Shown: positions 8,089-15,399, numbered from the stretch's first letter. The stretch is 24,000 nt of DNA from Clostridia bacterium (GCA_017515985.1 JAFWDV010000017.1:2076-26075); one strand, 5' to 3'. Made by a program: numbers and translations. Notes: a model not told the origin generated them from the letters alone.

Positions 8089-10740
8089 TTATACTGCTTT
8101 AAATTTTAGCATTTTATTGTTCTCTGCTTTTACAACTGCTTGAGCTGCTGCCAAACGTGCAATTGGAACTCTAAATGGTGAACATGATACATAAGTTAAT
8201 CCTATATTATGGCAGAACTCAACTGTTGGTGGGTTTCCTCCATGCTCTCCGCATATTCCAAGCTCTATATTTGGTCTAACTTTTTTGCTATCCTCAATAG
8301 CAAGTTTCATTAGCTTTCCAACACCTTCTTGATCAACCTTTTGGAATGGATCAGATTCAAATATTTTCTTTTCATAATAATATTTTAAGAATTTTCCAGC
8401 ATCATCACGGCTAAATCCATAAGTTAATTGAGTTAAGTCATTAGTTCCAAATGAGAAGAACTCAGCATTTTCAGCAATTTTATCTGCAATTAAGCAAGCT
8501 CTTGGTATCTCTATCATGGTTCCGATGTGATATTGTATATCACTACCGCTGTTTTTTATCATTTCATCAGCAGTTGTTTCAACTATATTTTTAACAAAAG
8601 CAAGCTCTGTTGCATCGCCTACAAGTGGAATCATTATTTCAGGAATGACCTTTGTTCCCTCATTTTTAACATTAATTGCAGCTTCTATTATTGCTTTAGT
8701 TTGCATTACTGCGATTTCTGGATATTTAACGTCTAATCTACAACCTCTGAATCCCATCATAGGATTAAATTCGTGTAAATCAAGAACAATGCTCTTAAGC
8801 TTATCATATGACATTCCCATATCATTTGCTAAATCAGCAATTTCGTTATCTTTCTTTGGTAAGAACTCATGAAGTGGTGGATCAAGTAATCTTATCGTTA
8901 CAGGATATCCTTTCATTGTTCTAAATAGCTCTTCAAAATCTCCTCTTTGCATTGGAAGAATTTTATTTAAAGCTGCCTCTCTTTGTTCAACAGTATCAGC
9001 CACAATCATTTCTCTTATAGCAGCAATTCTATCGTTTTCGAAGAACATATGCTCAGTTCTACATAGTCCTATACCTTGAGCACCGAACTCGTATGCCTTT
9101 TTAGCATCTCTTGGGTTATCAGCATTAGTACGAACCTCTAAAGTTCTTATGCCATCAGCCCATCCCATAAATGTAGCAAAATCACCTGAAACTGAAGCAT
9201 CAACAGTATCAACTTTTTGTCCATAAACAATACCCGTTGAACCATCTATTGAAATATAATCACCTTCATGGAATTGCATACCATCTTTTGTATATAAAAC
9301 TTTTTCATCGCTATTAACTGAAAGCTCTCCACATCCAGCAACACAGCATGTACCCATACCACGAGCAACAACTGCAGCATGAGATGTCATACCACCTCTA
9401 ACTGTTAAAATACCGCTACAAACAACCATACCTTCAATATCTTCAGGAGAAGTTTCCAAACGAACTAGAATAAGCTCTTTTTCACCTTGCTCAGCAAGCT
9501 CTTGTGCTCTTTCAGCAGTAAACACTATCTTACCCGTAGCAGCACCTGGTGAAGCAGGTAAACCTTTTGTAATTACCATCGCATTCTTAAGTTTATTTTT
9601 ATCAAAATCTGGGTGCAATAATTGATTTAGTTGCTCTGGGTCAACTCTAAGCATAGCTTCTCTTTCATCTATCAAACCTTCTGAAACCATATCAACTGCA
9701 ACTTTAAGAGCTGCAACTGCGGTTCTCTTAGCATTTCTTGTTTGAAGCATATAAAGTTTTCCATGCTCTATAGTAAACTCCATATCTTGCATATCTTTGT
9801 AATGTTTTTCCAATATATCAGCATATTTAGCAAATTCGTTATATGCATCAGGATTAACGTATTTAAGTGTATCCATTTCTTGAGGAGTACGAATACCAGC
9901 AACAACATCCTCGCCTTGTGCATTCATTAGATACTCACCAAATATCTCTTTAGTACCTGTAGCAGGGTTTCTAGAAAAAGCAACACCTGTACCACAGTCA
10001 TCTCCCATATTTCCAAATACCATAGATTGAACATTAACCGCTGTTCCCCAGCTTGATGGTATATCATTTAATTTTCTATATGTTATAGCTCTTGGATTAT
10101 TCCATGATCTAAACACAGCCTTAACAGCCTCATAAAGCTGCCATCTTGTATCTTGAGGGAATTCTTCGTGTAAATAATCTCTATAAATTCCCTTGAAAAC
10201 TCTAACTAAATCTTCTAAATCGTTTGCATCCATATCAGTATCAAGAGTCAATCCTCTTTGTTGTTTCTTTAAATCGATAGCATCTTCAAATAATTTTTTA
10301 GGAACTTCTCTTACAACGTCGCTATACATTTGAATAAATCTTCTATAGCTATCGTATGCAAATCTTCTATTTTTAGCAGCAAAAGCTAAAACTACTTCAT
10401 CGTTCATTCCTAAATTTAAAATCGTATCCATCATTCCAGGCATTGAAGCTCTAGCACCAGATCTTACAGATACAAGTAGAGGCTTATCTTTGCTACCAAG
10501 CTTTTTGCCGGTATAATCCTCTAAATATATAAGAGCAGAATTAATTTGCTCTACAATTTCCTCAGAAATTTGTTCATTATCGTCATAATACTTATTACAT
10601 GCTTCAGTAGTAATCGTAAATCCTTGAGGTATTGGCATACCAAGTGAAGTCATTTCAGCAAGGTTTGCTCCCTTACCACCAAGAAGCTCCTTCATACCAC
10701 TATTACCCTCTTTAAACAGGTAAACATATTTTTTATCCAT
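8089..10740 (-). CDS. ppdK: pyruvate, phosphate dikinase
   Basis: 883 aa. N-terminal GGKGANLAEM ATP-grasp block, phospho-His region GGMTSHAAVVARG, C-terminal PEP-utilising TIM barrel (GTNDLTQ, ICGE). RBS AAGGAGG. Confidence 0.95.
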   Translation of the reverse strand: MDKKYVYLFKEGNSGMKELLGGKGANLAEMTSLGMPIPQGFTITTEACNKYYDDNEQISEEIVEQINSALIYLEDYTGKKLGSKDKPLLVSVRSGARASMPGMMDTILNLGMNDEVVLAFAAKNRRFAYDSYRRFIQMYSDVVREVPKKLFEDAIDLKKQQRGLTLDTDMDANDLEDLVRVFKGIYRDYLHEEFPQDTRWQLYEAVKAVFRSWNNPRAITYRKLNDIPSSWGTAVNVQSMVFGNMGDDCGTGVAFSRNPATGTKEIFGEYLMNAQGEDVVAGIRTPQEMDTLKYVNPDAYNEFAKYADILEKHYKDMQDMEFTIEHGKLYMLQTRNAKRTAVAALKVAVDMVSEGLIDEREAMLRVDPEQLNQLLHPDFDKNKLKNAMVITKGLPASPGAATGKIVFTAERAQELAEQGEKELILVRLETSPEDIEGMVVCSGILTVRGGMTSHAAVVARGMGTCCVAGCGELSVNSDEKVLYTKDGMQFHEGDYISIDGSTGIVYGQKVDTVDASVSGDFATFMGWADGIRTLEVRTNADNPRDAKKAYEFGAQGIGLCRTEHMFFENDRIAAIREMIVADTVEQREAALNKILPMQRGDFEELFRTMKGYPVTIRLLDPPLHEFLPKKDNEIADLANDMGMSYDKLKSIVLDLHEFNPMMGFRGCRLDVKYPEIAVMQTKAIIEAAINVKNEGTKVIPEIMIPLVGDATELAFVKNIVETTADEMIKNSGSDIQYHIGTMIEIPRACLIADKIAENAEFFSFGTNDLTQLTYGFSRDDAGKFLKYYYEKKIFESDPFQKVDQEGVGKLMKLAIEDSKKVRPNIELGICGEHGGNPPTVEFCHNIGLTYVSCSPFRVPIARLAAAQAVVKAENNKMLKFKAV

Positions 10741-10836
10741 TGTTTATTTCCTCCTTAAAAATATTCTTTGGTAAATTCATGATAATTATAACATAAAAAA
10801 ATAAAAAATATATGTTTTTTAAAAAATTTTAAAATT

Positions 10837-10906
10837 AGGGACGGACTCATTTTTCAGGTTTACAGAATTCACTATAACTGTCAACAAAAATAATGGGTCC
10901 GTCCCT
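10837..10906. repeat. 13-bp inverted repeat enclosing 44 bp at the left edge of higher-GC island 2
   Basis: agggacggactca (10837-10849) versus tgggtccgtccct (10894-10906), one non-complementary position. T-runs follow on both strands. A TTGACA lies inside the loop on the minus strand. Confidence 0.5.
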
Positions 10907-10937
10907 TTTTTCCCTTACTCTTTCCTCCGTTTTACTT

Positions 10938-11105
10938 TCAGTCGATATCGCTATTAAGAGCTCTGATACGAGCACTCATCACAGCGTACCGCTCTGTTGT
11001 ATGGAAACCGTCATCGATTTTCATCGACATAGACTCCTGTGCAACAGACTCGACCTGCGGCTGAGAAGCAGATACAATCTCAACCTTGATATCAGTACTG
11101 TGCAT
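10938..11105 (-). CDS. small hypothetical protein (55 aa), below the ORF-track length cut-off
   Basis: My translation: MHSTDIKVEIVSASQPQVESVAQESMSMKIDDGFHTTERYAVMSARIRALNSDID*. RBS GGAGGG 8 nt before ATG 11105-11103. Own promoter. The 86-aa plus-strand ORF on the opposite strand has no RBS. Confidence 0.45.
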   Translation of the reverse strand: MHSTDIKVEIVSASQPQVESVAQESMSMKIDDGFHTTERYAVMSARIRALNSDID

Positions 11106-11187
11106 TGGTCAGCCCTCCTTCCTTGTGAATTTTGGATTAGTGCTGGGTGCTGAAATACACATGTGGTTCTCTCGAACGACAAAATCA

Positions 11188-11216
11188 ATTTTAGCACAAA
11201 TTATCAATCTTGTCAA
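11188..11216 (-). promoter_or_regulatory. sigma-A type promoter for the 55-aa gene
   Basis: Minus strand TTGACA (11216-11211), 17 nt, TAAAAT (11193-11188). Confidence 0.45.
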
Positions 11217-11272
11217 TAATTATGTGATATTTTTATGTATATTATAAAATAAAAATCTAGTAAATATTTCTT

Positions 11273-11301
11273 TTGACATTTGCCCTAGAATAGTATATAA
11301 T
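11273..11301 (+). promoter_or_regulatory. sigma-A type promoter for the YkgJ-like gene
   Basis: TTGACA (11273-11278), 17 nt, TATAAT (11296-11301). Divergent from the 55-aa gene promoter. Confidence 0.5.
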
Positions 11302-11336
11302 ACCTATCAAATCTTTGATATAGGAGGAATACACTC

Positions 11337-11918
11337 ATGTCGAAGCTTGATCGGAACGAAACCAAAACTGTAATCTGCCACAAGTGTAACAACTGTGGTA
11401 TGTGTTGCAGAAACCGCGGAGATATCAGCCTCACACCTCTGGATGTGCTGAACATCTCAAAGTATTTGAATATGTATCCAAAAGATTTCATATCCACTTA
11501 CTGTGAGGTTGGCGAATATCTCGACGTGCATCTGCGCGCAGCTGGAATCTTTGACGCATGCGTATTTCTGAAAGTCAATCCGAAGGGGAAAACATATTGC
11601 GATATTTACAAGGTACGGCCCATGGCCTGTTACCTTTATCCCCTAAAGGTTGTCCCAGGTTATATGAATGTTTTCATGGAAGACCAAGCACCATATTGCG
11701 CTAAGCCCAAAAAAGGCATTCCGGTAAAAGACTACGTTAAAGAAAAATCTAACGGCAGATATTCTAACGAGTTCGTCCACATTTTAGAGTTCACAACCGC
11801 ATTGCGGCTATACTACATCAATCCAAATGGAAGAACCGAACAAGAAATGCTTGAATATTTTTACTACAACGAGTCAAAAGAAGAGCTGGAAAAGAAGCTG
11901 GACAGTTTTGTTTTCTGA
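11337..11918 (+). CDS. YkgJ-family cysteine-cluster (putative Fe-S/Zn) protein
   Basis: 193 aa. CHKCNNCGMCC N-terminal cluster plus later C...C (TYCDIYKVRPMACYLYP), the UPF0153/YkgJ pattern. RBS AGGAGG. This is the only convincing plus-strand gene. Confidence 0.75.
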   Translation: MSKLDRNETKTVICHKCNNCGMCCRNRGDISLTPLDVLNISKYLNMYPKDFISTYCEVGEYLDVHLRAAGIFDACVFLKVNPKGKTYCDIYKVRPMACYLYPLKVVPGYMNVFMEDQAPYCAKPKKGIPVKDYVKEKSNGRYSNEFVHILEFTTALRLYYINPNGRTEQEMLEYFYYNESKEELEKKLDSFVF

Positions 11919-11927
11919 ACGAACCAT

Positions 11928-11960
11928 GAAAAAGCAGTGGCGATATACCACTGCTTTTTA
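11928..11960 (+). terminator. Rho-independent terminator after the YkgJ-like gene
   Basis: aaagcagtgg (11931-11940) cgatata ccactgcttt (11948-11957) followed by TTTATTTATT. Confidence 0.7.
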
Positions 11961-11970
11961 TTTATTAAAA

Positions 11971-12186
11971 TTATAATTCTTTATCAATCTTTTTTTCTGC
12001 AACCTTTTGGTCGAAGAACTCTTTCAACCAAGGCTCTAATTCATCATAGTGCTCTATAAACTTAAGTAAATTCATTATTGTGCTTAACTGCGAAAACTTC
12101 TCATCTAAATTTTCCACATTTTCAGATACATACGTTGCTTCTGCTCTCAATACATTACCTAATTTAGTATATAGATACTTGTTCAT
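11971..12186 (-). CDS. small hypothetical protein (71 aa)
   Basis: ORF. I place the start at ATG 12186-12184 (MNKYLY), 6 nt after AAGGAGGA. No family recognised. Confidence 0.5.
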   Translation of the reverse strand: MNKYLYTKLGNVLRAEATYVSENVENLDEKFSQLSTIMNLLKFIEHYDELEPWLKEFFDQKVAEKKIDKEL

Positions 12187-12323
12187 TTGATCCTCCTTGT
12201 GCACACTAGGAATTCTTTTATACTACGTCTTTTCCGCTTCTCTTAGTGCAATCATTCGTTAAACTTATCGTTTATAAAGTATCATATATTTTTTAGGTAT
12301 GCAATAAATAATATAGAAATATT

Positions 12324-12393
12324 ACAAAATTCGACACCTATCAATTTAAAATCTATTTTGTTCCATTATATAATTCATCTGGGCATATATCTG
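12324..12393. repeat. direct repeat copy A (70 nt), spanning the last 13 codons plus stop of the DUF2442 gene and 29 nt downstream
   Basis: acaaaattcgacacctatcaatttaaaatctattttgttccattatataattcatctgggcatatatctg. Identical to 13024-13092 except for one extra A. Confidence 0.9.
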
Positions 12394-12583
12394 CTCCGTT
12401 ATCCCATGAAATTGATAAACCAGATATTTTTACAGTGTTAAATAGATCTATATTCTTTAAATCTTTAAATTGTATAAATTCAAGATATGGTTTAACATCA
12501 AATATCCCCTTTTTACCGTCTTCAAAAGTTACCTCAATTTTATAATCTGATAATGCTTTTACATCTATAGCTTTAGGTTTCAT
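12353..12583 (-). CDS. DUF2442-domain protein
   Basis: 76 aa from ATG 12583 (MKPKAIDVKALSDYKIEVTFEDGKKGIFDVKPYL...ISWDNGADICPDELY), the usual DUF2442 pattern. RBS GGAGTG. Lies 5 nt after the DUF4160 stop. Confidence 0.75.
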   Translation of the reverse strand: MKPKAIDVKALSDYKIEVTFEDGKKGIFDVKPYLEFIQFKDLKNIDLFNTVKISGLSISWDNGADICPDELYNGTK

Positions 12584-12588
12584 AAAAA

Positions 12589-12870
12589 TCACTCCAATCC
12601 TTTTATTTTAATGATTTCACCATTTTCATTGTAACTGTAAAATGATGCTCTTAATTCATCTTGATGAAGTTCATACCATGCTTCAACTAACTTCATCTGT
12701 TTTTTCGGTAATTTACCTTCCAAAATTTTACCATTCAAATTCATAGACATTTCAAATTCGTTATATTTTATATGTATATGTGGTTCGTTATGGTGACCAC
12801 CAATTTCTTTGTATATATATATTAGTATTCCATAAAACTGTGATATTAGAGGAATGTTTACCACCTCCAT
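12589..12870 (-). CDS. DUF4160-domain protein (start codon uncertain)
   Basis: ISQFYGILIYIY..GHHNEPHIHIKY matches the DUF4160 N-terminal signature (FYGI...H.PPH.H). DUF4160-DUF2442 pairs are a recurrent two-gene module. Start options are discussed in findings. Confidence 0.7.
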   Translation of the reverse strand: MEVVNIPLISQFYGILIYIYKEIGGHHNEPHIHIKYNEFEMSMNLNGKILEGKLPKKQMKLVEAWYELHQDELRASFYSYNENGEIIKIKGLE

Positions 12871-12951
12871 TATATAAAAATATTTAACTTTTTTCAAGGG
12901 AATTAACTTATAGATAAAAATAAAAACTGCTGACCTAAAACTATAGATATA

Positions 12952-12978
12952 AAAAGTGGAGATTGATTCTCCACTTTT
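12952..12978 (-). terminator. hairpin terminator between the ImmA-fusion gene and the DUF4160 gene
   Basis: aaaagtggaga ttgat tctccactttt, an 11-bp perfect stem with a T-run following on the minus strand. Confidence 0.55.
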
Positions 12979-13023
12979 ACAATTATAACCACCTTATATT
13001 CTATTTGCAATAGAATTCGTACG

Positions 13024-13092
13024 ACAAAATTCGACACCTATCAATTTAAATCTATTTTGTTCCATTATATAATTCATCTGGGCATATATCTG
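13024..13092. repeat. direct repeat copy B (69 nt), an orphan 3' fragment of a DUF2442 gene
   Basis: Same sequence as 12324-12393, exactly 700 bp away. It begins 10 nt below the stop of the ImmA-fusion gene. Similarity ends abruptly at both edges. Confidence 0.9.
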
Positions 13093-13102
13093 TTTCTTTC
13101 CT

Positions 13103-14125
13103 TTATTTTTCCTTATATTCATTATATAGCCTTCCTTTGTAGCTAATCTTTCCCACTTTAGCTAATCTACCAACTATAAAGCTCATAGGAATTTTATATC
13201 TTTTTGATACAGATAACAAATTTTCTATATTAGTATTTTTTATGATTATATCCCATACCTCATCATTTACCATTGTTTTAATAGCAAACTCATCTGCTCT
13301 TTGCTCTATCTTGTCATCTCCATCAATAATCGTTTTGCTCTTTGCTCTGTTGTAATCGCTTTTACAATGACCAAGCTCGTGGAATAGCTCAAAGTAAAAG
13401 GAATCTTTAGCAGAATAGTTTTTAGTTATATATATAGCCGGAGTATTTAATTTGACTCTAAAACAACCTCTTACTTTTGTTCCAGATAATGCTTTTTCAC
13501 ATACAAAGATAATACCATACTTATTTAGTATTTCTTGTATTTTATCGATATTTAATCCATCATTATATGAGTATTTCTTTAGCTCATATATTAAATCATC
13601 AAATTTAGAGCTTGTATATTCTCCTACATGTTGATTCTCTGAAATCTTATCACAATGAGCAATCCACAATGCAAGTTTATTGCTATCCTCTCCGCTCTTT
13701 TTAAATAAAACATTTTCCATTAAGCAATTGTTTATTTCAAAATCTTTAACTTTTAAAAAGTCTAAAATATCTATGCTATTTTGTATAGTATTTGTTTCAT
13801 CTTTAAAGTCCACCCATTTTAGCTTCTTAAGTTCATTTAAATGATATTTTTCTTTTAACATCTTTTTAATTTTATCTTCAGATCCATATTGCTTAAGTAG
13901 CTTATTTTGTATTATATTAGCATTCTCAATAGAAACAATTAATTTTGATGAAATACCAGTCAATCTCTCGATAGTAGCAGCCATCTCCAATGTAATACTT
14001 GTTTTTCCATTAATTATTTCATTCATATGTTTTTGTGTAACACCAAGTCTACTCGCAAACTCACTTTGAGATATATTATAGTATTCAAGATAATCTTTTA
14101 AATATTCTCCAAAATGTACCATCAT
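13103..14125 (-). CDS. XRE-family HTH fused to ImmA/IrrE-type (COG2856) zinc metallopeptidase
   Basis: 340 aa. N-terminal HTH ISQSEFASRLGVTQKHMNEIINGKTSITLEMAATIERLTG. C-terminal HExxH in FYFELFHELGHCKSD followed by EQRADEFA. RBS AGGAGGGAGA. Confidence 0.85.
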   Translation of the reverse strand: MMVHFGEYLKDYLEYYNISQSEFASRLGVTQKHMNEIINGKTSITLEMAATIERLTGISSKLIVSIENANIIQNKLLKQYGSEDKIKKMLKEKYHLNELKKLKWVDFKDETNTIQNSIDILDFLKVKDFEINNCLMENVLFKKSGEDSNKLALWIAHCDKISENQHVGEYTSSKFDDLIYELKKYSYNDGLNIDKIQEILNKYGIIFVCEKALSGTKVRGCFRVKLNTPAIYITKNYSAKDSFYFELFHELGHCKSDYNRAKSKTIIDGDDKIEQRADEFAIKTMVNDEVWDIIIKNTNIENLLSVSKRYKIPMSFIVGRLAKVGKISYKGRLYNEYKEK

Positions 14126-14324
14126 TCTCCCTCCTATCCATGTTATAAATAATATGTAAGCTATCTTGCATTACATCTTTCATACTTTCAGAAGAAATAA
14201 GAAACTGCTCTATTTTCTCTAATAGAATCATCTCTCTATTCATATGTTTATTTTTTAATTTAGCTCTGTAATCTTTTGTATATGATTTTGTTTTTATTAT
14301 CTTGATCTTTATCACCTCAGCCAT
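14085..14324 (-). CDS. small upstream ORF (79 aa), possible divergent or degenerate RelE/YafQ-like toxin partner
   Basis: Overlaps the HTH gene by 41 nt. The N-terminal half (KTKSYTKDYRAKLKNK...LLEKIEQFL) resembles the beta-strand/helix start of RelE/YafQ-family toxins, but I cannot find the C-terminal catalytic half. No SD. A TGtTATAAT box ends 7 nt before the ATG, so it may be leaderless. Confidence 0.3.
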   Translation of the reverse strand: MAEVIKIKIIKTKSYTKDYRAKLKNKHMNREMILLEKIEQFLISSESMKDVMQDSLHIIYNMDRRENDGTFWRIFKRLS

Positions 14325-14373
14325 TTATTATATTATAACATTTTAGGTTATAATATACAATATTAATTACAAT

Positions 14374-14400
14374 ATAGGGGCAATAAAATATTGCCCCTAT
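14374..14400. terminator. perfect 12-bp palindromic hairpin downstream of the PBECR4-like gene
   Basis: ataggggcaata aaa tattgcccctat. Weak U-tracts on both strands. Confidence 0.45.
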
Positions 14401-14473
14401 AACATTTTATGGATATTCAAGTATAAATTAAATTAATTTGAAAACGATATTCGTCACACTAATGTTATAATGG

Positions 14474-15175
14474 TTAATCTGATTCTAAATTATAATTATT
14501 TATTTTTGAATTTAAATTTCTGTTTTTTGAATAAAGATTCTTGATATCAATTTCATTCAATATGTGTTGGGTACAAAATATTTCCTCTAAACTCATACAT
14601 TTTTTTATATATGTAATCTCTTTATATTTTTTATCGGTGATAGTTTTTTTTAATATTGCAAGTATATTACATTTACTGATAATTACATCTCTCATATCAG
14701 TATTTAATGCTGTATTCGGCACATAAACATCTTTTTTTACTGCCTTAACAAAACCCATGCAACAATTGATTCCTCCAATTAACTTATCAGTTTGTAGATA
14801 TACTTTAGAATTATCGTAATCACCCACTATATTTGCATTTTTATCTATTTTCATTAAATATGGTAATACTTGTAATTTTAGATTGGTAGTATGGTCTTTA
14901 CATTCTATTTTATACTTATTCAAACTGACAGATCCTCTTTTTAATAAATTATAAAAGCTAAAACTATTTAATGCATTATTGTTACTATCTATAATTATTA
15001 CTCCTGTTAGATGGGCAAAACTTGATTTTGGAAAATAGAGCTCTATCTTCTCGATATTCATTTTATCATTCCTCATGATAAGTAATACTTTCTTGTTCTT
15101 TAGGTTTTCATCATATAACTTCAAACATTTGTATATTATATTCAATATTTGCTTTTGACCAGATGTATTATTCAA
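14474..15175 (-). CDS. PBECR4-like protein (phage Barnase-EndoU-ColicinE5/D-RelE-like nuclease family 4), putative RNase toxin
   Basis: 233 aa. TTG start 6 nt after AGGAGG. The block pattern FPKSSFAHLTGV ... YLQTDKLIGGINCCMGFVK..VYVPNTALNTDMRD matches my recollection of the PBECR4 signature (F.HLTG ... TD.L.G...GF...Y.PNT.L..D.R). Needs HMM confirmation. Confidence 0.6.
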   Translation of the reverse strand: MNNTSGQKQILNIIYKCLKLYDENLKNKKVLLIMRNDKMNIEKIELYFPKSSFAHLTGVIIIDSNNNALNSFSFYNLLKRGSVSLNKYKIECKDHTTNLKLQVLPYLMKIDKNANIVGDYDNSKVYLQTDKLIGGINCCMGFVKAVKKDVYVPNTALNTDMRDVIISKCNILAILKKTITDKKYKEITYIKKCMSLEEIFCTQHILNEIDIKNLYSKNRNLNSKINNYNLESD

Positions 15176-15230
15176 TATAACCTCCTATAAAAAATTGAAA
15201 AGGAGGAGTATTTTCGTACCGCAGTACCAT
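15168..15230 (-). CDS. 20-codon upstream ORF overlapping the PBECR4-like start
   Basis: Strong SD GGGGGAG 6 nt before ATG 15230-15228. MVLRYENTPPFQFFIGGYIE*. The stop TAA lies a few nt past the TTG start of the downstream gene. It could be non-coding leader structure instead. Confidence 0.25.
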   Translation of the reverse strand: MVLRYENTPPFQFFIGGYIE

Positions 15231-15245
15231 AATCACTCCCCCTTA
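15188..15245 (-). terminator. terminator-like hairpin between the tandem repeats and the PBECR4-like gene
   Basis: Minus strand aagggggagt ... (25 nt) ... actcctcctt, 10 bp with one G.U, followed by TTTTCAATTTTTT. Confidence 0.4.
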
Positions 15246-15251
15246 GTGTGC

Positions 15252-15359
15252 GATTTTTATGTTGCCTAACCAACCTGAAAGACTAAATCTTTCCCTGAAT
15301 TTTAAGATTTTTATGTTGCTTAATCAACCTGAAAAGCTATACTTTTCCCTGATTTTAGG
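15252..15359 (-). repeat. 2 x 54-nt exact head-to-tail tandem repeat (43/54 identical), candidate repeat RNA
   Basis: Unit a is 15252-15305 and unit b is 15306-15359, both starting gatttttatgttgc. Each contains a 6-bp hairpin (gaaaga..tctttc versus gaaaag..cttttc) maintained by two compensatory double substitutions. Confidence 0.85.
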
Positions 15360-15364
15360 TTATT

Positions 15365-15399
15365 GTTGCAGTCGCACCTGCCATGCAACAAAGTTGCAT
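15365..15399. promoter_or_regulatory. overlapping GTTGCA/TGCAAC palindromes (operator or alternative RNA hairpins)
   Basis: atgcaac aaa gttgcat (15383-15399) is a perfect 7-3-7 palindrome. gttgca (15365-15370) can alternatively pair with tgcaac (15384-15389). The motif gcaacat recurs in each 54-nt repeat unit on the minus strand. Confidence 0.4.

Noticed and set aside
8527-9930. Three short plus-strand ORFs inside ppdK
   Set aside because: They are antisense to the unambiguous pyruvate phosphate dikinase frame.
10893-11153. 86-aa plus-strand ORF in island 2
   Set aside because: It has no SD. The opposite strand carries a 55-aa ORF with GGAGGG, a consensus promoter and a downstream hairpin, which explains the region better. 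Neither is proven.
11285-11497. 70-aa minus-strand ORF
   Set aside because: It overlaps the promoter and 5' part of the well-supported YkgJ-like gene in antisense and has no RBS.
14085-14140. A frameshift in the 79-aa ORF that would restore a longer toxin
   Set aside because: I translated the other two frames upstream of the overlap. Both close within a few codons (TAG/TAA), so there is no evidence for a simple frameshifted longer gene.
15252-15359. The tandem 54-nt repeats as a CRISPR array
   Set aside because: The units abut directly with no spacers, there are only two copies, they are imperfect, and no cas genes are present.
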